64,000 bases of DNA from an uncultured Alphaproteobacteria bacterium (lineage in GTDB: Bacteria > Pseudomonadota > Alphaproteobacteria > Rhodobacterales > Rhodobacteraceae), in NCBI GenBank assembly GCA_963738635.1, contig CAVTXE010000001.1, positions 328,173-392,172 of the forward strand, read 5' to 3'. Positions within the stretch are counted from its first letter, which is position 1. Every line of letters starts with the position of its first letter. The position numbers and the translations under genes are program-made. Shown one piece after another: positions 46,731-56,652 of the stretch. Below the pieces are notes generated by a model that saw only the letters and a list, made by a program, of their open reading frames with translations, had not been told where the DNA came from and did not search any database.

Positions 46731-47783
46731 ATGACCGCAACCGCCAGCGCCCCTGCGGCGAATGCCGCCTTCACGCCGCGCATCTTCTCGGGCATCCAGC
46801 CGTCGGGCGGGCTGACGCTCGGCAACTACCTCGGCGCGCTGAAGCGGTTCGTGGAAAAGCAGGACGAGGGGATCGAGACGGTCTATTGCCTTGTGGACCT
46901 GCACGCGATCACGGTCTGGCAGGACCCGGAGCGCCTGCGCCAGCAGACGCGCGAGGCGGCGGCGGGGTTCATCGCGGCGGGGATCGACCCTGCCCGGTCG
47001 ATCCTGTTCAACCAGAGCCAGGTTTCGGCCCATGCCGAGCTTGGCTGGGTTCTGTCCTGCGTGGCGCGTCTGGGATGGATGAACCGGATGACGCAGTTCA
47101 AGGACAAGGCGGGCAAGAACGCCGAGGCCGCGTCGCTGGGCCTTTATGCCTATCCATCCCTGATGGCGGCCGACATCCTGCTCTATCACGCGACGATGGT
47201 GCCGGTGGGCGAGGACCAGAAGCAGCATGTCGAGCTGACCCGCGACATCGCGGCGAAGTTCAACCACGACTACAGCGTCGATTTCTTCCCGCTGCCGGAA
47301 CCGGTGATCGAAGGGGCTGCGACGCGCGTGATGTCGCTGCGCGACGGGACGAAGAAGATGTCGAAATCGGACCCAGCGGACCAGAGCCGGATCAACATGA
47401 CCGACGACGCCGACGCAATCGCGTCGAAAATCCGGAAGGCGCGCACGGATGCGGAAGTTCTGCCCGAGACAGCCGCAGCGCTTAAAGACAGGCCCGAAGC
47501 GCGGAACCTCGTGAACATCTACGCGGCGCTTGCAGACGAAACGCCGGATCAGGTGACGCAGCGCTTCGCAGGGCAGGGTTTCGGCACCTTCAAGCCTGCG
47601 CTTGCCGATCTGGCGGTGTCGAGGCTCGCGCCCATGACCGAGCGGATGAAACGGCTGATGTCTGATCCGACCGAGATCGACCGCATTCTCGGCCAGGGCG
47701 CGGACCGGGCCGACGCGCTGGCCCGCCCGATCCTCGACCGGGTTCTGGACATCACCGGCATGATCCGGTCGCGCCGGGGCTGA
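46731..47783 (+). CDS. trpS: Tryptophan-tRNA ligase
   Basis: The protein reads [30 protein letters not shown] and [18 protein letters not shown], and carries the KMSKS motif. It is intact at 350 aa from ATG 46731. Confidence 0.95.
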   Translation: MTATASAPAANAAFTPRIFSGIQPSGGLTLGNYLGALKRFVEKQDEGIETVYCLVDLHAITVWQDPERLRQQTREAAAGFIAAGIDPARSILFNQSQVSAHAELGWVLSCVARLGWMNRMTQFKDKAGKNAEAASLGLYAYPSLMAADILLYHATMVPVGEDQKQHVELTRDIAAKFNHDYSVDFFPLPEPVIEGAATRVMSLRDGTKKMSKSDPADQSRINMTDDADAIASKIRKARTDAEVLPETAAALKDRPEARNLVNIYAALADETPDQVTQRFAGQGFGTFKPALADLAVSRLAPMTERMKRLMSDPTEIDRILGQGADRADALARPILDRVLDITGMIRSRRG

Positions 47784-47874
47784 CATCCGCACTGCCTGTC
47801 ATCATGCCGTTTCAGAATCGGCCTAGCTCTCAAATCGTCCGGTAGCCCCGTACCGGCCCATGCCGCCAGGCATC

Positions 47875-47906
47875 GCGACACCTCCCCTTCCCCCGGGAGG
47901 TGTCGC
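47875..47906. other. GC-rich inverted repeat (12-bp stem, 8-nt loop) downstream of trpS
   Basis: GCGACACCTCCC-cttccccc-GGGAGGTGTCGC has no U-tract on either strand. It may be a non-canonical terminator or a protein-binding site. Confidence 0.4.
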
Positions 47907-48016
47907 ACCCCGCCGAGACCGAGACCGGCTTTTCTGCACAGCAGCATCGGCATTTGCGCATCTTGGTGATCTGGCGCACATGCATTACCTTGGGCCCAGC
48001 ACCAAGGAGACCCGAG

Positions 48017-48502
48017 ATGACCTTCATCGCCCCCGCCGAAACGAAAATCGGCCATGTCCATCTCAAGGTCGCGGACCTTGACCGCGCCGTCGCGTTCTAC
48101 ACCGACATGCTCGGCTTCACCGTGACAGCGCGCTACGGGACGGGGGCCGCGTTCCTGTCCGCTGGCGGCTATCATCACCACATCGGCCTGAACACCTGGG
48201 AGAGCAAGGACGGCACGCCGCCGCCGCCGCACCACACCGGGCTCTATCACACCGCGATCCTGTATCCCTCGCGCGCCGATCTGGCGCGGGCATTCAAGCG
48301 CGTGGTGGATGCGGGCTGGCCGATCGACGGGGCGGCGGATCATGGTGTGTCCGAGGCGATCTATTTCCGAGACCCGGACGGCAACGGCGTCGAGATCTAC
48401 CGCGACCGTCCGCAGCCGGAATGGCCCATGGACGAAGGCGGGAACCTGAAGATGTTCAACGCGCGGCTGGACCTGAACGCCCTTCTGGCCGAAGCGGCCT
48501 GA
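48017..48502 (+). CDS. VOC (glyoxalase/bleomycin-resistance/extradiol dioxygenase) family protein
   Basis: AAGGAGA lies upstream of ATG 48017. The protein reads IGHVHLKVADLDRAVAFYTDMLGF...GGYHHHIGLNTW...GLYHTAI...HGVSEAIYFRDPDGNGVEIY. Confidence 0.8.
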   Translation: MTFIAPAETKIGHVHLKVADLDRAVAFYTDMLGFTVTARYGTGAAFLSAGGYHHHIGLNTWESKDGTPPPPHHTGLYHTAILYPSRADLARAFKRVVDAGWPIDGAADHGVSEAIYFRDPDGNGVEIYRDRPQPEWPMDEGGNLKMFNARLDLNALLAEAA

Positions 48503-48528
48503 CCTGGCGGCCCTGCCGGGGCGGCGCA

Positions 48529-49182
48529 TCACACCATCGCCGCCTCATGCGCGGCGATGGCGTCGTCGACATCGTCGTAATAGCGCGCCGTGCCCGCTTC
48601 CAGAACAAGACCCGCGGTGCAGAAACTGCGCAGCATCGGGACCGAGTGCGAGACCATCAGCAACCCGGCGCTGCCCAGCCGTTCCCGGAAGACCTCCAGC
48701 GATTTTGTGCGGAAGGCGGCATCGCCGACAGCGGTGATTTCGTCGACCAGATACCAGTCGAAGCCCAGGCCCATGGACAGTCCAAAGGCGAGCCTTGCGC
48801 GCATTCCGGCGGAATAAGTGCGCACCGGCATCCGCATGAAGGGCCCGAGTTCCGAAAAGGCCGTGACATAGTCGACCAGTGCATCCGTATCAGCCCCGTA
48901 GATGCGCGCGGCGAAGCGGGTGTTCTGGATGCCGGTCAGGTCATTGGCGAAACTGCCCGCGAAGCCGAGTGGCCATGACATGCTGCCCTGTCTCACGATC
49001 CGTCCGCCGTCTGCGGGCACAGTGCCCGCGATCAACCCCAGCAGCGTGGATTTCCCGGCACCGTTTCGTCCCATCAGGGCGACCCGCGCGCCAGCGGGCA
49101 GGATCAGGGAGAGATCATCAAGGATGAGTTTCCGCCCGCCAGCTGCCCGGTAGGATTTCGAGACGCCCCGAAAGTCGATCAT
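48529..49182 (-). CDS. kpsT: Capsular polysaccharide export ABC transporter ATP-binding protein
   Basis: The protein starts MIDFRGVSKSY and carries Walker A GRNGAGKSTLL, the signature YSAGMRARLAF and Walker B YLVDE. It is intact at 217 aa. Confidence 0.85.
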   Translation of the reverse strand: MIDFRGVSKSYRAAGGRKLILDDLSLILPAGARVALMGRNGAGKSTLLGLIAGTVPADGGRIVRQGSMSWPLGFAGSFANDLTGIQNTRFAARIYGADTDALVDYVTAFSELGPFMRMPVRTYSAGMRARLAFGLSMGLGFDWYLVDEITAVGDAAFRTKSLEVFRERLGSAGLLMVSHSVPMLRSFCTAGLVLEAGTARYYDDVDDAIAAHEAAMV

Positions 49183-49195
49183 GGCGACCGCTCCG

Positions 49196-50427
49196 TCAGC
49201 CGGCACACGTGTCGCGGACGTTATAGAAGGCGACGGCCAGAACCGCCCAGCCGAGCAGCAGACCCAGACCGGCAAGACCGGTCAGCAGGCCGCGACGGGG
49301 GTAGAGCGGCGACTGCGCCAGCGTCGGTTCGATATGCACGGCCAGATAGCGCGCCTCGCGCCGTGATTCCGTGCGCGCCAGTGCCAGATTGGTCAGCGCC
49401 TGCGTATACGCCGCCTGCGCAAACTCGATGTCGGTCAGGATGGCCTCGTACTGCCCCATCACCGCGCTCGGGTCGGCACCGTCAGATCCCGCCCCTAGCG
49501 CCGAGCGTTCGGCTGCGATGCGGTCCCGAAGGGCAGCGATACGCCGGTCGGCCTTGATGACGCGGTGATCCGTCGGCCGGGCGTAGGCGATCAGCGTATC
49601 GCGGCCGATCAGCACCTCGGCAAGTTCGGCCTGCAGCGCTCCGATCACGCCCATCTGGCCCGCCACGTCGGCCGCAGGGTCGATCATGCGGGTCTGGTCG
49701 CGCAACTGCGCCAGCTGTCCGCGCAGGGCGCGTAGCCCGCGTTCGGCGTCGGTCAGGTCAGCCTCGGCAAAACGGACCGCGTCGCGGCGCGCCTGGTCGG
49801 ACAGGTCGTTCACCAGACGCCCGGACTGCGCGAGCACCGCCGACGCGATGGCCTGCGCATCCGCCGGGGCAAAGGCATCCGCGCGCAGGGCAATGGTTCC
49901 GGCCCGTGCGTCATGGGTCACATGGACCATGCGCTTCCAGTAGCGCAGCAGCGTCTCGACCGTGCCGTCATCGCGGAAGCCGAATACAGGGTCGCTGCCG
50001 GCCCTCGCAAAGATCGCGCGCAGACCCAGATCTGCATCGACGGCCTCGACCATGCTTTGGCTCTCGATGAAGTCCTGCAGGATGTCGGTATCCGAGGCCG
50101 GGCCCGCGCCGATCTGCGTGATTGCGCCCAGCACGCCCAGCGCCGATGCCCCCGACCGATCTTCGGACCGGACCGAAAACGCAGCTTCGGAATGGTACTG
50201 GTCGGCGGCGACGGCGAACATATAGACCGCCGTCACCAGGAACGGCAGCACGACAAGCCCCACAAAACTGGCGGCAAGCCCGACATGGCGGCGGGGCGGG
50301 CGTGGGCGAACGGCAGGAAAGTCGGGGGGGACAGGGTGTCACCGGAGGCACCTGCTCCGGCGATCCGGAGACCGGGCAGGCGCGGCGCGCGCTCTTCGGG
50401 CAGTGATCGGGCAATATCCACGGGCAT
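49196..50427 (-). pseudogene. kpsE: Capsule polysaccharide export inner-membrane protein KpsE (PCP-3-like), one frame switch at the G7 run 50324-50330
   Basis: The body reads VVLPFLVTAVYMFAVAADQYHSEAAFSVRS..., has long coiled regions and ends in a C-terminal TM (LLTGLAGLGLLLGWAVLAVAF). The N-terminal 35 codons from ATG 50427 are in another frame. Confidence 0.8.
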
Positions 50428-50549
50428 TGTCCTTCGGCATGCGGGCCTCCTGCCCGACACCCTGTTATCGGGCGGAATCGGAAATCATCGGTTAACCGTG
50501 ATCGGTGCATCCTGCGTGTTGGGGACGCCCCTGTGGAAAAGGACCCGCC

Positions 50550-51326
50550 ATGATCGCCGCAGATCTTCCGGCGCGGCCGCGCATTCTGGCGGCACTGATC
50601 ATACGCGAAACGCTGGCCCGGTTCGGAACCGCCTGGGGCGGCTATCTCTGGGCCTTTCTCGAGCCGCTGGGCGGCGCCGTGCTTCTGGCTGTCGCCTTCA
50701 GCTTCATCGTGCAGTCGCCGCCGCTCGGCGACAGTTTCCTGTTCTTCTATGCGACCGGCCTTATCCCGTTCCTCATGTACAATGCTGTTGCCGCTGGCGC
50801 GGTGAACGCGATCACGCAGAACCGCGGGCTGCTGGCCTATCCGGTCATCGGGGCGCTGGATGCAATCCTGGCGCGCGCGCTTCTCGACGCCCTGACACAT
50901 GTCGTGATTGCTGTCCTCCTGATCTTCGGCCTGACCGTCGCTCTGAACCTGCCCCTGCCCCTTGTCCCCGGCGCGTTTGCCGCAAGCCTTGGCCTGGCAG
51001 CCATGCTCGGGCTGGGCATAGGCACCTTCAACGCGCTGATTGCCGGGTTCTTCCCTGCATGGCGGCAGATCTGGTCCGTGCTGAACCGACCGCTTTTCAT
51101 CGTGTCAGGCATTCTCTTCATCCCTGACAGCGCGCCAGAAGGGCTGGCCGATGCCGTCTGGTGGAACCCGGTCCTGCATGTCGTCGGCGCGATGCGCGCG
51201 GCGTTCTTCGGGGCCCGACAGTCGGACCCGTCAGGTCTGGCCTACACGCTGGCGGTATCGGCGGCGTTGTTCGCGGTCGGCGGCGGCCTGATCCGGCGGC
51301 ATCAGGGCCGCCTGATCCAGGGCTGA
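50550..51326 (+). CDS. kpsM: Capsular polysaccharide export ABC-2 type permease
   Basis: The protein reads MIAADLPARPRILAALIIRETLARFGTAWGGYLWAFLEPL and has 6 TM-like segments. It is divergent from kpsE and intact. Confidence 0.85.
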   Translation: MIAADLPARPRILAALIIRETLARFGTAWGGYLWAFLEPLGGAVLLAVAFSFIVQSPPLGDSFLFFYATGLIPFLMYNAVAAGAVNAITQNRGLLAYPVIGALDAILARALLDALTHVVIAVLLIFGLTVALNLPLPLVPGAFAASLGLAAMLGLGIGTFNALIAGFFPAWRQIWSVLNRPLFIVSGILFIPDSAPEGLADAVWWNPVLHVVGAMRAAFFGARQSDPSGLAYTLAVSAALFAVGGGLIRRHQGRLIQG

Positions 51327-51335
51327 CGCCGCACG

Positions 51336-52262
51336 ATGCGCGAGACCGACGCCCACGTTGCCATCCTGCTGGCCACGCATGACGGTGCGCGTTACATCGA
51401 CGAACAGCTCGCCTCGGTAGCCGCCCAGTCGCACCGGAACTGGTCGCTCTGGATCAGCGATGACGGATCGTCGGACACGACCGTGGACAGGATCGTGGCC
51501 TTCCGCAGGGCGCATCCCGACTGCGTCATGCATCTGCGGCGCGGGCCGCAGCGCGGAGCCACGGCGAATTTCCTGTCGCTGCTCTGCGATCCAGTCGTCC
51601 ACGCGGACTATGTCGCGTTCTGCGACCAGGACGATGTCTGGCTGCCCGGCAAGCTGGCACGGGCGCTGGATATGATCGCCGCCTGCGATGGGCCCGCACT
51701 CTACGGCGCGCGCACGATCCTGACCGATGGGCAGCTGCGCGTCACCGGCCTGTCGCCGGATTTCCGCAAGCCGCCCTGTTTCAGCAATGCGCTGGTCCAG
51801 AACCTGGCGGGCGGCAACACTTTGGTGATGAACGCCGCCGCACGCGACCTGATCATGCGGGCGGGTCAGCAGGTTGCACCGGTCTGCCATGACTGGTGGG
51901 CCTACCAGATCGTGACGGGGGCCGGGGGCCGGTTCGTCTTCGACCGCCGCCCGGCGCTTCTGTATCGCCAGCATGGCGGCAACCTGATCGGCGCGAATTC
52001 CGGAACACGCGCACGACTGTCCCGGCTCCGCGCGCTGTGGCGCGGGGTGTTCCGCGACTGGAACGGGCGCAACCTTGTCGCGCTGAGGGCCTCGGCTCAG
52101 CTGCTGCGGGATGACCACCGCGAGACCCTCGCGCGGTTCGAGGCGCTGCGCCGGACAACGGGTCCGCGCGCGCTGGGGTTGCTGGCCGGGACGGGCCTGA
52201 CGCGCCAGACGCGGGCGGGCGGACTGGCCCTGCGGCTGGCCGCCGTGACAGGGCGGCTCTGA
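51336..52262 (+). CDS. Glycosyltransferase family 2
   Basis: The protein reads VAILLATHDGARYIDEQLASVAAQSH..WSLWISDDGSSDTT and carries the DQDD motif (FCDQDDVWLPGKL). It is intact at 308 aa. Confidence 0.85.
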   Translation: MRETDAHVAILLATHDGARYIDEQLASVAAQSHRNWSLWISDDGSSDTTVDRIVAFRRAHPDCVMHLRRGPQRGATANFLSLLCDPVVHADYVAFCDQDDVWLPGKLARALDMIAACDGPALYGARTILTDGQLRVTGLSPDFRKPPCFSNALVQNLAGGNTLVMNAAARDLIMRAGQQVAPVCHDWWAYQIVTGAGGRFVFDRRPALLYRQHGGNLIGANSGTRARLSRLRALWRGVFRDWNGRNLVALRASAQLLRDDHRETLARFEALRRTTGPRALGLLAGTGLTRQTRAGGLALRLAAVTGRL

Positions 52263-52294
52263 CCGCGACGGCGCAGGCCGCCTGAATCACTGTC

Positions 52295-55200
52295 TCAGAA
52301 CAGCAGGATGTCGCCCAACAACAGGTCCGGATCGGCGATATTGCGGATCAGGATGGTGTCGCCATTGCCGAAGTCGAAATACGTGTCCGCCCCCGTCGTG
52401 CGCGCATAGGTGTCGATGACATCGGCAACCTGCATGCCTGCAAGCCCCGCTATCGCATCGTCGAGCCAGAGCTGGTCGGCGCCTGCCTGAAAATCCAGCA
52501 CACGGTCCGCCCCGAATCCGGGGCCGAAGACAAAGGCATCGGCCCCGGCATCGCCGAACAGAAGGTCGGCCCCGGCATCGCCGAACAGAAGGTCGGCCCC
52601 CGCACCCCCGTCCAGCGTGTCGTCGCCCTCGCCCCCGATCAGATAGTCGGCCCCGTCCCGCCCGGCGATCAGGTCATGGCCTTTCGACCCCGTCAGGACG
52701 TTATCGCCCGTATCGCCGCCCAGATCATCGTCCCCGACGCTGCCCTGAAGATCCTCGACCGAGCTGTAGACATCGCCTGCCGCCAACCCCGTGTTGCGGT
52801 CCGGATTGGCCAGATCGGCGATCAGCCCGGCAAAACTGTCGCCGTAATGCGCGCGGTCAGTGCCCGCCCCGCCCGCCAGCGTATCCGCCCCGGCACCGCC
52901 ATAAAAAACGTCGTTGCCATTGCCCCCGTCCAGCAGGTCGGCCCCGGCGCGCCCGATGATCTGGTCGTTGCCGTCGCGCCCGTACATGCGGTCATTGCCG
53001 GAGCCGCCATCGATGTTGTTTGCGCCCGTATCCCCCCAGAATTCGTCGTCATAGTTCGAACCCCGGAACCCTTCGACGGACACATAGGCATCACCCGCCG
53101 CATCGCCCGTATTGCGGGACGGCATCAGGAAGTCGGCCAGCACGCCGGTCAGCGCGTCGCTGTAATGCGCGCGGTCAAATCCCGCGCCGCCGTCGAACAG
53201 ATCTGCCCCCGCCCCGCCGATCAGGTTGTCGTTGCCGTTGCCGCCCAGAAGCTTGTCGTCCCCCGCGCGTCCTGTCAGCCAGTCGACACCGTCCTGCCCC
53301 GCAAGCAGGTTCGCCGCGCCGTCCCCGCGCAGGTCATCGTTGAATGCCGTGCCCGTCAGCGCCTCGACCGACAGAAAGACATCGCCCGCCGCAAGGCCGG
53401 TTCCGCGTGCAGGGTTCGTCAGGTCGGCGACCAGCCCGGCGATCGCGCCGACGAACGTCACCGTGTCAAACCCCGCGCCACCGTCCAGCCGGTCGGCCCC
53501 GGAACCGCCATCCAGCGTGTCATCGCCCGCCGCGCCGGAAAGGCTGTCGTTTCCGGCAGCCCCGGACAGCAGGTTTGCATCCCCATCGCCGCGCAGGGTG
53601 TCGGCAAGGCCCGATCCGGCCAGACCCTCGACACCGGCATAGCTGTCACCGGCGGCAATCCCCGAATTGCCGCCGGGCACGGCAAGGTCGGCAATGACCG
53701 CAGCCGTCGCGTCGGAATAGTCGGCCATGTCGAACCCCGTCCCGCCGATCAGCGCGTCCCCCCCAGCGCCGCCCTGCAACGTGTCGTCCCCCGCACCGCC
53801 GTCGAGCGTATCCTGGCCCAGACGCCCCTCCAGCCCGTCTGGTCCGTCCGCCCCGTCCAGCCAGTTCGCGCCCGCATCGCCGCGTAGCGTGTCGGCAAGA
53901 CCCGTCCCCGAAAGGCCCTCGATGCCGATGAAGACATCGCCTGCGGCCTCGCCCGTCGACAGGGCGGGCTGGGCGAGATCGGCGGTAAGGCCCGCTGTCG
54001 CCGCAGCATATTCCGCAATATCAACCCCGATGCCGCCGTTCAGCACATCTGCCCCCGGCCCGCCGGTCAGCGTGTCGTCGCCCGCCCCGCCCCAGAGCGT
54101 ATCGTTGCCCTGAAGCCCGCCAAGACGGTCATCGAAAATCGTGCCGATGATGCTGTCATCGGCAGCACTGCCCGGATCGATGCGCCCGTTCAGGATCTGC
54201 TGGACGGGCGAGCGGGGCAGGTTCAGCGTGTTGGCAGTCGTGAAATCGGACGCAAGAAGCGTGCTGAAATCGGCCGAGACGATCTCCACCGTCTCGGTCC
54301 CGTAGGTCAGGAAGGCACCTGTGGTCGTCGGCGTCACGGTCAGCTGCGACACGTCATAAAGCAGCGCGAAATCCGACAGGTCGATCCGGTCGAAGCGCAG
54401 GTCGAAATCCGTCACCTTGTCGGTCACACCGTCGGTCAGAAGCACGAAGAGGTCCGCCCCCGCGCCGCCGGTCAGCGTGTCGGCTCCGGCCCCGTCAACC
54501 AGAATGTCCTCGCCCGCCGCGCCCGCCAGCGTGTCCGCGCCGCCGCCGCCCATCAGGATGTCGTCCAGCACGCCGCCCGTCAGGCTATTGCCCAGCGCAT
54601 CCCCGGAGAGAGTCACACCGACCGGCCCGGTCTGAAGCTTGAACTGGGTCATGCCGTCTTCTGCGCCCGAGGTGACAAAGACCTGCACCTCGCCCCCGAC
54701 CGGCACGGCCTCGATCGCCGAGACATTGGCCAGCGCCATTCCTGCCGTGTCGTCCAGTGTCGTGGAGAGGATCAGCCGACCGTCAGGCAGCATCTGAAAG
54801 ACTGACAGTCCGTCATCGCCGCCGCCTGCAATGACATAGATACGCCCGGCGAGGCTGACGGTTTCGATCGCCCCGACAGCCTGAAACCGCGTGGCGAGGG
54901 AATCCACCACCTGATCGACCGGCACGAGGCCCGTCGGATCGATCCGCATGCTGGTCAGCGTCGATGATCCGGCAGAGGCCAGCAGCAGAAAGCTTGCCTG
55001 ACCGATGGTCACCACTTCCATCGCGGAGGGGGTATCGATGCCCAGCCCATCCTGCGCGGCGATCGCACCGGTCTGGGTCAGGCTGCCGTCCGGCTGCACG
55101 CGGAAGGCCGTGACGCCGTTTTCATCTGCCGAGGCAACAAGCACCATCTGCGCGCCCGCGACCGTCGCCGACGTCATCGCCGAGAGCCCGTCGGCGTAGG

Positions 55201-55714
55201 AATAGGCGTCGTCGGCAAAGGTGCCTTGCGGCGTCACGGTCGAGGTTCCGGCGGAGATCTTCCATGACTGGATGCCCCCGCCTGCCGGGGTGCTGCCGTA
55301 GATCCATGTATCGCCGCCGATGCGGACTACCTCCAGCTCGGTCAGGTCGCCCGCCACCCCCGCGCCGTCAGGATAGCTGCGGCTGCCGCCGAACGTGCCG
55401 CTGCCGGTCAGGATGTTTCCGCCCATCTCGGGGCCGAAGCGGCCGGGTGCCAGAAGGATTGTCTGGCTGCCGATCTGCATCAGGTCCAGCCGTGTCGGAC
55501 CGATGATGTCGGCAAGCGGCGAATAGCCAAGCGTCGCGGTCAGGTTTGCGGCCTGTCCCTGCTGCAAGGCAAAGGTCATCAGTCCGCCGCCGGGCTGCGC
55601 GCCGGCGACAAGCGTTGTTCCGGACGGTGTCACATTGACCAGCATGTCGGTCACGCGCGCCCCCGCGCCGAGCGGACCGGAGAACAGCGTCGTCACGAAC
55701 TGAAGCGTTGCCAT
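52295..55714 (-). CDS. Giant calcium-binding RTX-repeat protein (probable type I secretion substrate) with an N-terminal beta-propeller-like repeat domain
   Basis: The ORF is intact at 1139 aa. It has seven repeats of about 50 aa (aa 20-360) and many GGxGxDxL nonapeptides. A five-fold module of about 90-105 aa follows. The C-terminus reads GADAFVF...[14 protein letters not shown]... Confidence 0.9.
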   Translation of the reverse strand: MATLQFVTTLFSGPLGAGARVTDMLVNVTPSGTTLVAGAQPGGGLMTFALQQGQAANLTATLGYSPLADIIGPTRLDLMQIGSQTILLAPGRFGPEMGGNILTGSGTFGGSRSYPDGAGVAGDLTELEVVRIGGDTWIYGSTPAGGGIQSWKISAGTSTVTPQGTFADDAYSYADGLSAMTSATVAGAQMVLVASADENGVTAFRVQPDGSLTQTGAIAAQDGLGIDTPSAMEVVTIGQASFLLLASAGSSTLTSMRIDPTGLVPVDQVVDSLATRFQAVGAIETVSLAGRIYVIAGGGDDGLSVFQMLPDGRLILSTTLDDTAGMALANVSAIEAVPVGGEVQVFVTSGAEDGMTQFKLQTGPVGVTLSGDALGNSLTGGVLDDILMGGGGADTLAGAAGEDILVDGAGADTLTGGAGADLFVLLTDGVTDKVTDFDLRFDRIDLSDFALLYDVSQLTVTPTTTGAFLTYGTETVEIVSADFSTLLASDFTTANTLNLPRSPVQQILNGRIDPGSAADDSIIGTIFDDRLGGLQGNDTLWGGAGDDTLTGGPGADVLNGGIGVDIAEYAAATAGLTADLAQPALSTGEAAGDVFIGIEGLSGTGLADTLRGDAGANWLDGADGPDGLEGRLGQDTLDGGAGDDTLQGGAGGDALIGGTGFDMADYSDATAAVIADLAVPGGNSGIAAGDSYAGVEGLAGSGLADTLRGDGDANLLSGAAGNDSLSGAAGDDTLDGGSGADRLDGGAGFDTVTFVGAIAGLVADLTNPARGTGLAAGDVFLSVEALTGTAFNDDLRGDGAANLLAGQDGVDWLTGRAGDDKLLGGNGNDNLIGGAGADLFDGGAGFDRAHYSDALTGVLADFLMPSRNTGDAAGDAYVSVEGFRGSNYDDEFWGDTGANNIDGGSGNDRMYGRDGNDQIIGRAGADLLDGGNGNDVFYGGAGADTLAGGAGTDRAHYGDSFAGLIADLANPDRNTGLAAGDVYSSVEDLQGSVGDDDLGGDTGDNVLTGSKGHDLIAGRDGADYLIGGEGDDTLDGGAGADLLFGDAGADLLFGDAGADAFVFGPGFGADRVLDFQAGADQLWLDDAIAGLAGMQVADVIDTYARTTGADTYFDFGNGDTILIRNIADPDLLLGDILLF
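52541..52594. repeat. Perfect 27-bp tandem duplication inside the RTX gene
   Basis: GGCCCCGGCATCGCCGAACAGAAGGTC occurs at 52541-52567 and again at 52568-52594. It encodes the duplicated peptide ADLLFGDAG. Confidence 0.9.
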
Positions 55715-56061
55715 GGTGGGCCTGGAAATGGTTGCAGATCTGCATCGGCCGAAGCCGTTAATTTCCGGCTAAATCCGCCATGCGACGGATGCGAAAGCCG
55801 CCCGCGTCCGACCAGATGCCGTCTCTCCGCGTTCGAGGAGGCGGGGGTCAGGAACTGGGAAGACTCCACCCCGGCTGGACCGCCATGCGCAAGCTCCGCG
55901 CCCACACGCGCATCCGAACCCGACTTTCATTCGTCTGACATTTCCTCGGCCCTAGGTCTGAAACTTGACCCGACCTTCAGCAGAGGTCCCCACCGGCTCC
56001 TTTGTAATAGTTCTGTGACATCGGTGCCCGCATGTGGTGCCCAGTCACAGAAAGCACCGTT

Positions 56062-56643
56062 ATGCCGCCGTTTGACCTTACCGGCCCCATCGCAGAACTG
56101 GCCGCACGCTTCGCCATCGACATCGCCTCCATGACCCTTCTGATCTTCGGCATGTACTATCGGCGCTATCGCGACAAGGAACTGGCCACCTCGGCATCCT
56201 TGTTCAATATCTTCGCCTTCGCGGTGCTGACCGTCCTCTCATCGGTCGAATTCAGTGTCGCCGCAGGTTTCGGCCTGTTCGCCATCCTCGCCCTGTTCAG
56301 TCTGCGGTCAGAACAGATCAGCAAGACCGAAATCACCTATTTCTTCGGTTCGATCGCGCTTGCGGTCATCTGCTCCGTTCTCGGGACCAGTCTTGCGCTG
56401 GTCGGAACCATCACCGGTTTCGTGCTGATCGCCGCCTGGGTCATCGACCATCCCAGAATGCTGAAATCAGCCAGCAGCGCCAAGCTGACGCTGGACCGGA
56501 TCGACCCGCACGTCCTGTCCGACTACGCCAGGATGAAGGCGGATCTGTCGGGCCGCCTCGGGGTCGAGGTGATGACCTTCCAGATTGTCGAGCTGAACTA
56601 CGTCAGCGATCTGGCCCGCATCAACGTCTTTTACCGCACATAG
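56062..56643 (+). CDS. DUF4956-like membrane protein (partner of VTC-domain proteins)
   Basis: The protein reads MPPFDLTGPIAELAARFAIDIASMTLLIFGMYYRRYRDKE..., has 4 TM-like segments and a soluble tail of about 60 aa. AGGAG and the VTC gene follow 10 nt downstream. The region is visibly AT-richer than its neighbours. Confidence 0.65.
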   Translation: MPPFDLTGPIAELAARFAIDIASMTLLIFGMYYRRYRDKELATSASLFNIFAFAVLTVLSSVEFSVAAGFGLFAILALFSLRSEQISKTEITYFFGSIALAVICSVLGTSLALVGTITGFVLIAAWVIDHPRMLKSASSAKLTLDRIDPHVLSDYARMKADLSGRLGVEVMTFQIVELNYVSDLARINVFYRT

Positions 56644-56652
56644 GAGCCGAAG

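Noticed and set aside
45966-47792. A 608-aa ORF as one large membrane protein.
   Set aside because: Only the last 228 codons (from ATG 46652) are hydrophobic and rhomboid-like. The upstream about 380 codons are the antisense shadow of intact trpS.
52295-55714. The periodic DNA repeats of the RTX gene as a possible CRISPR or satellite array.
   Set aside because: The periodicity is codon-level (GGxGxD nonapeptides and modules of about 90 aa) inside one uninterrupted ORF. There are no identical direct repeats with unique spacers and no cas genes.
55750-55775. A CtrA-like motif TTAA-N8-TAAA about 40 bp upstream of the RTX start.
   Set aside because: The spacing is N8, not N7, and one half-site is degenerate. 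The evidence is too weak to call.
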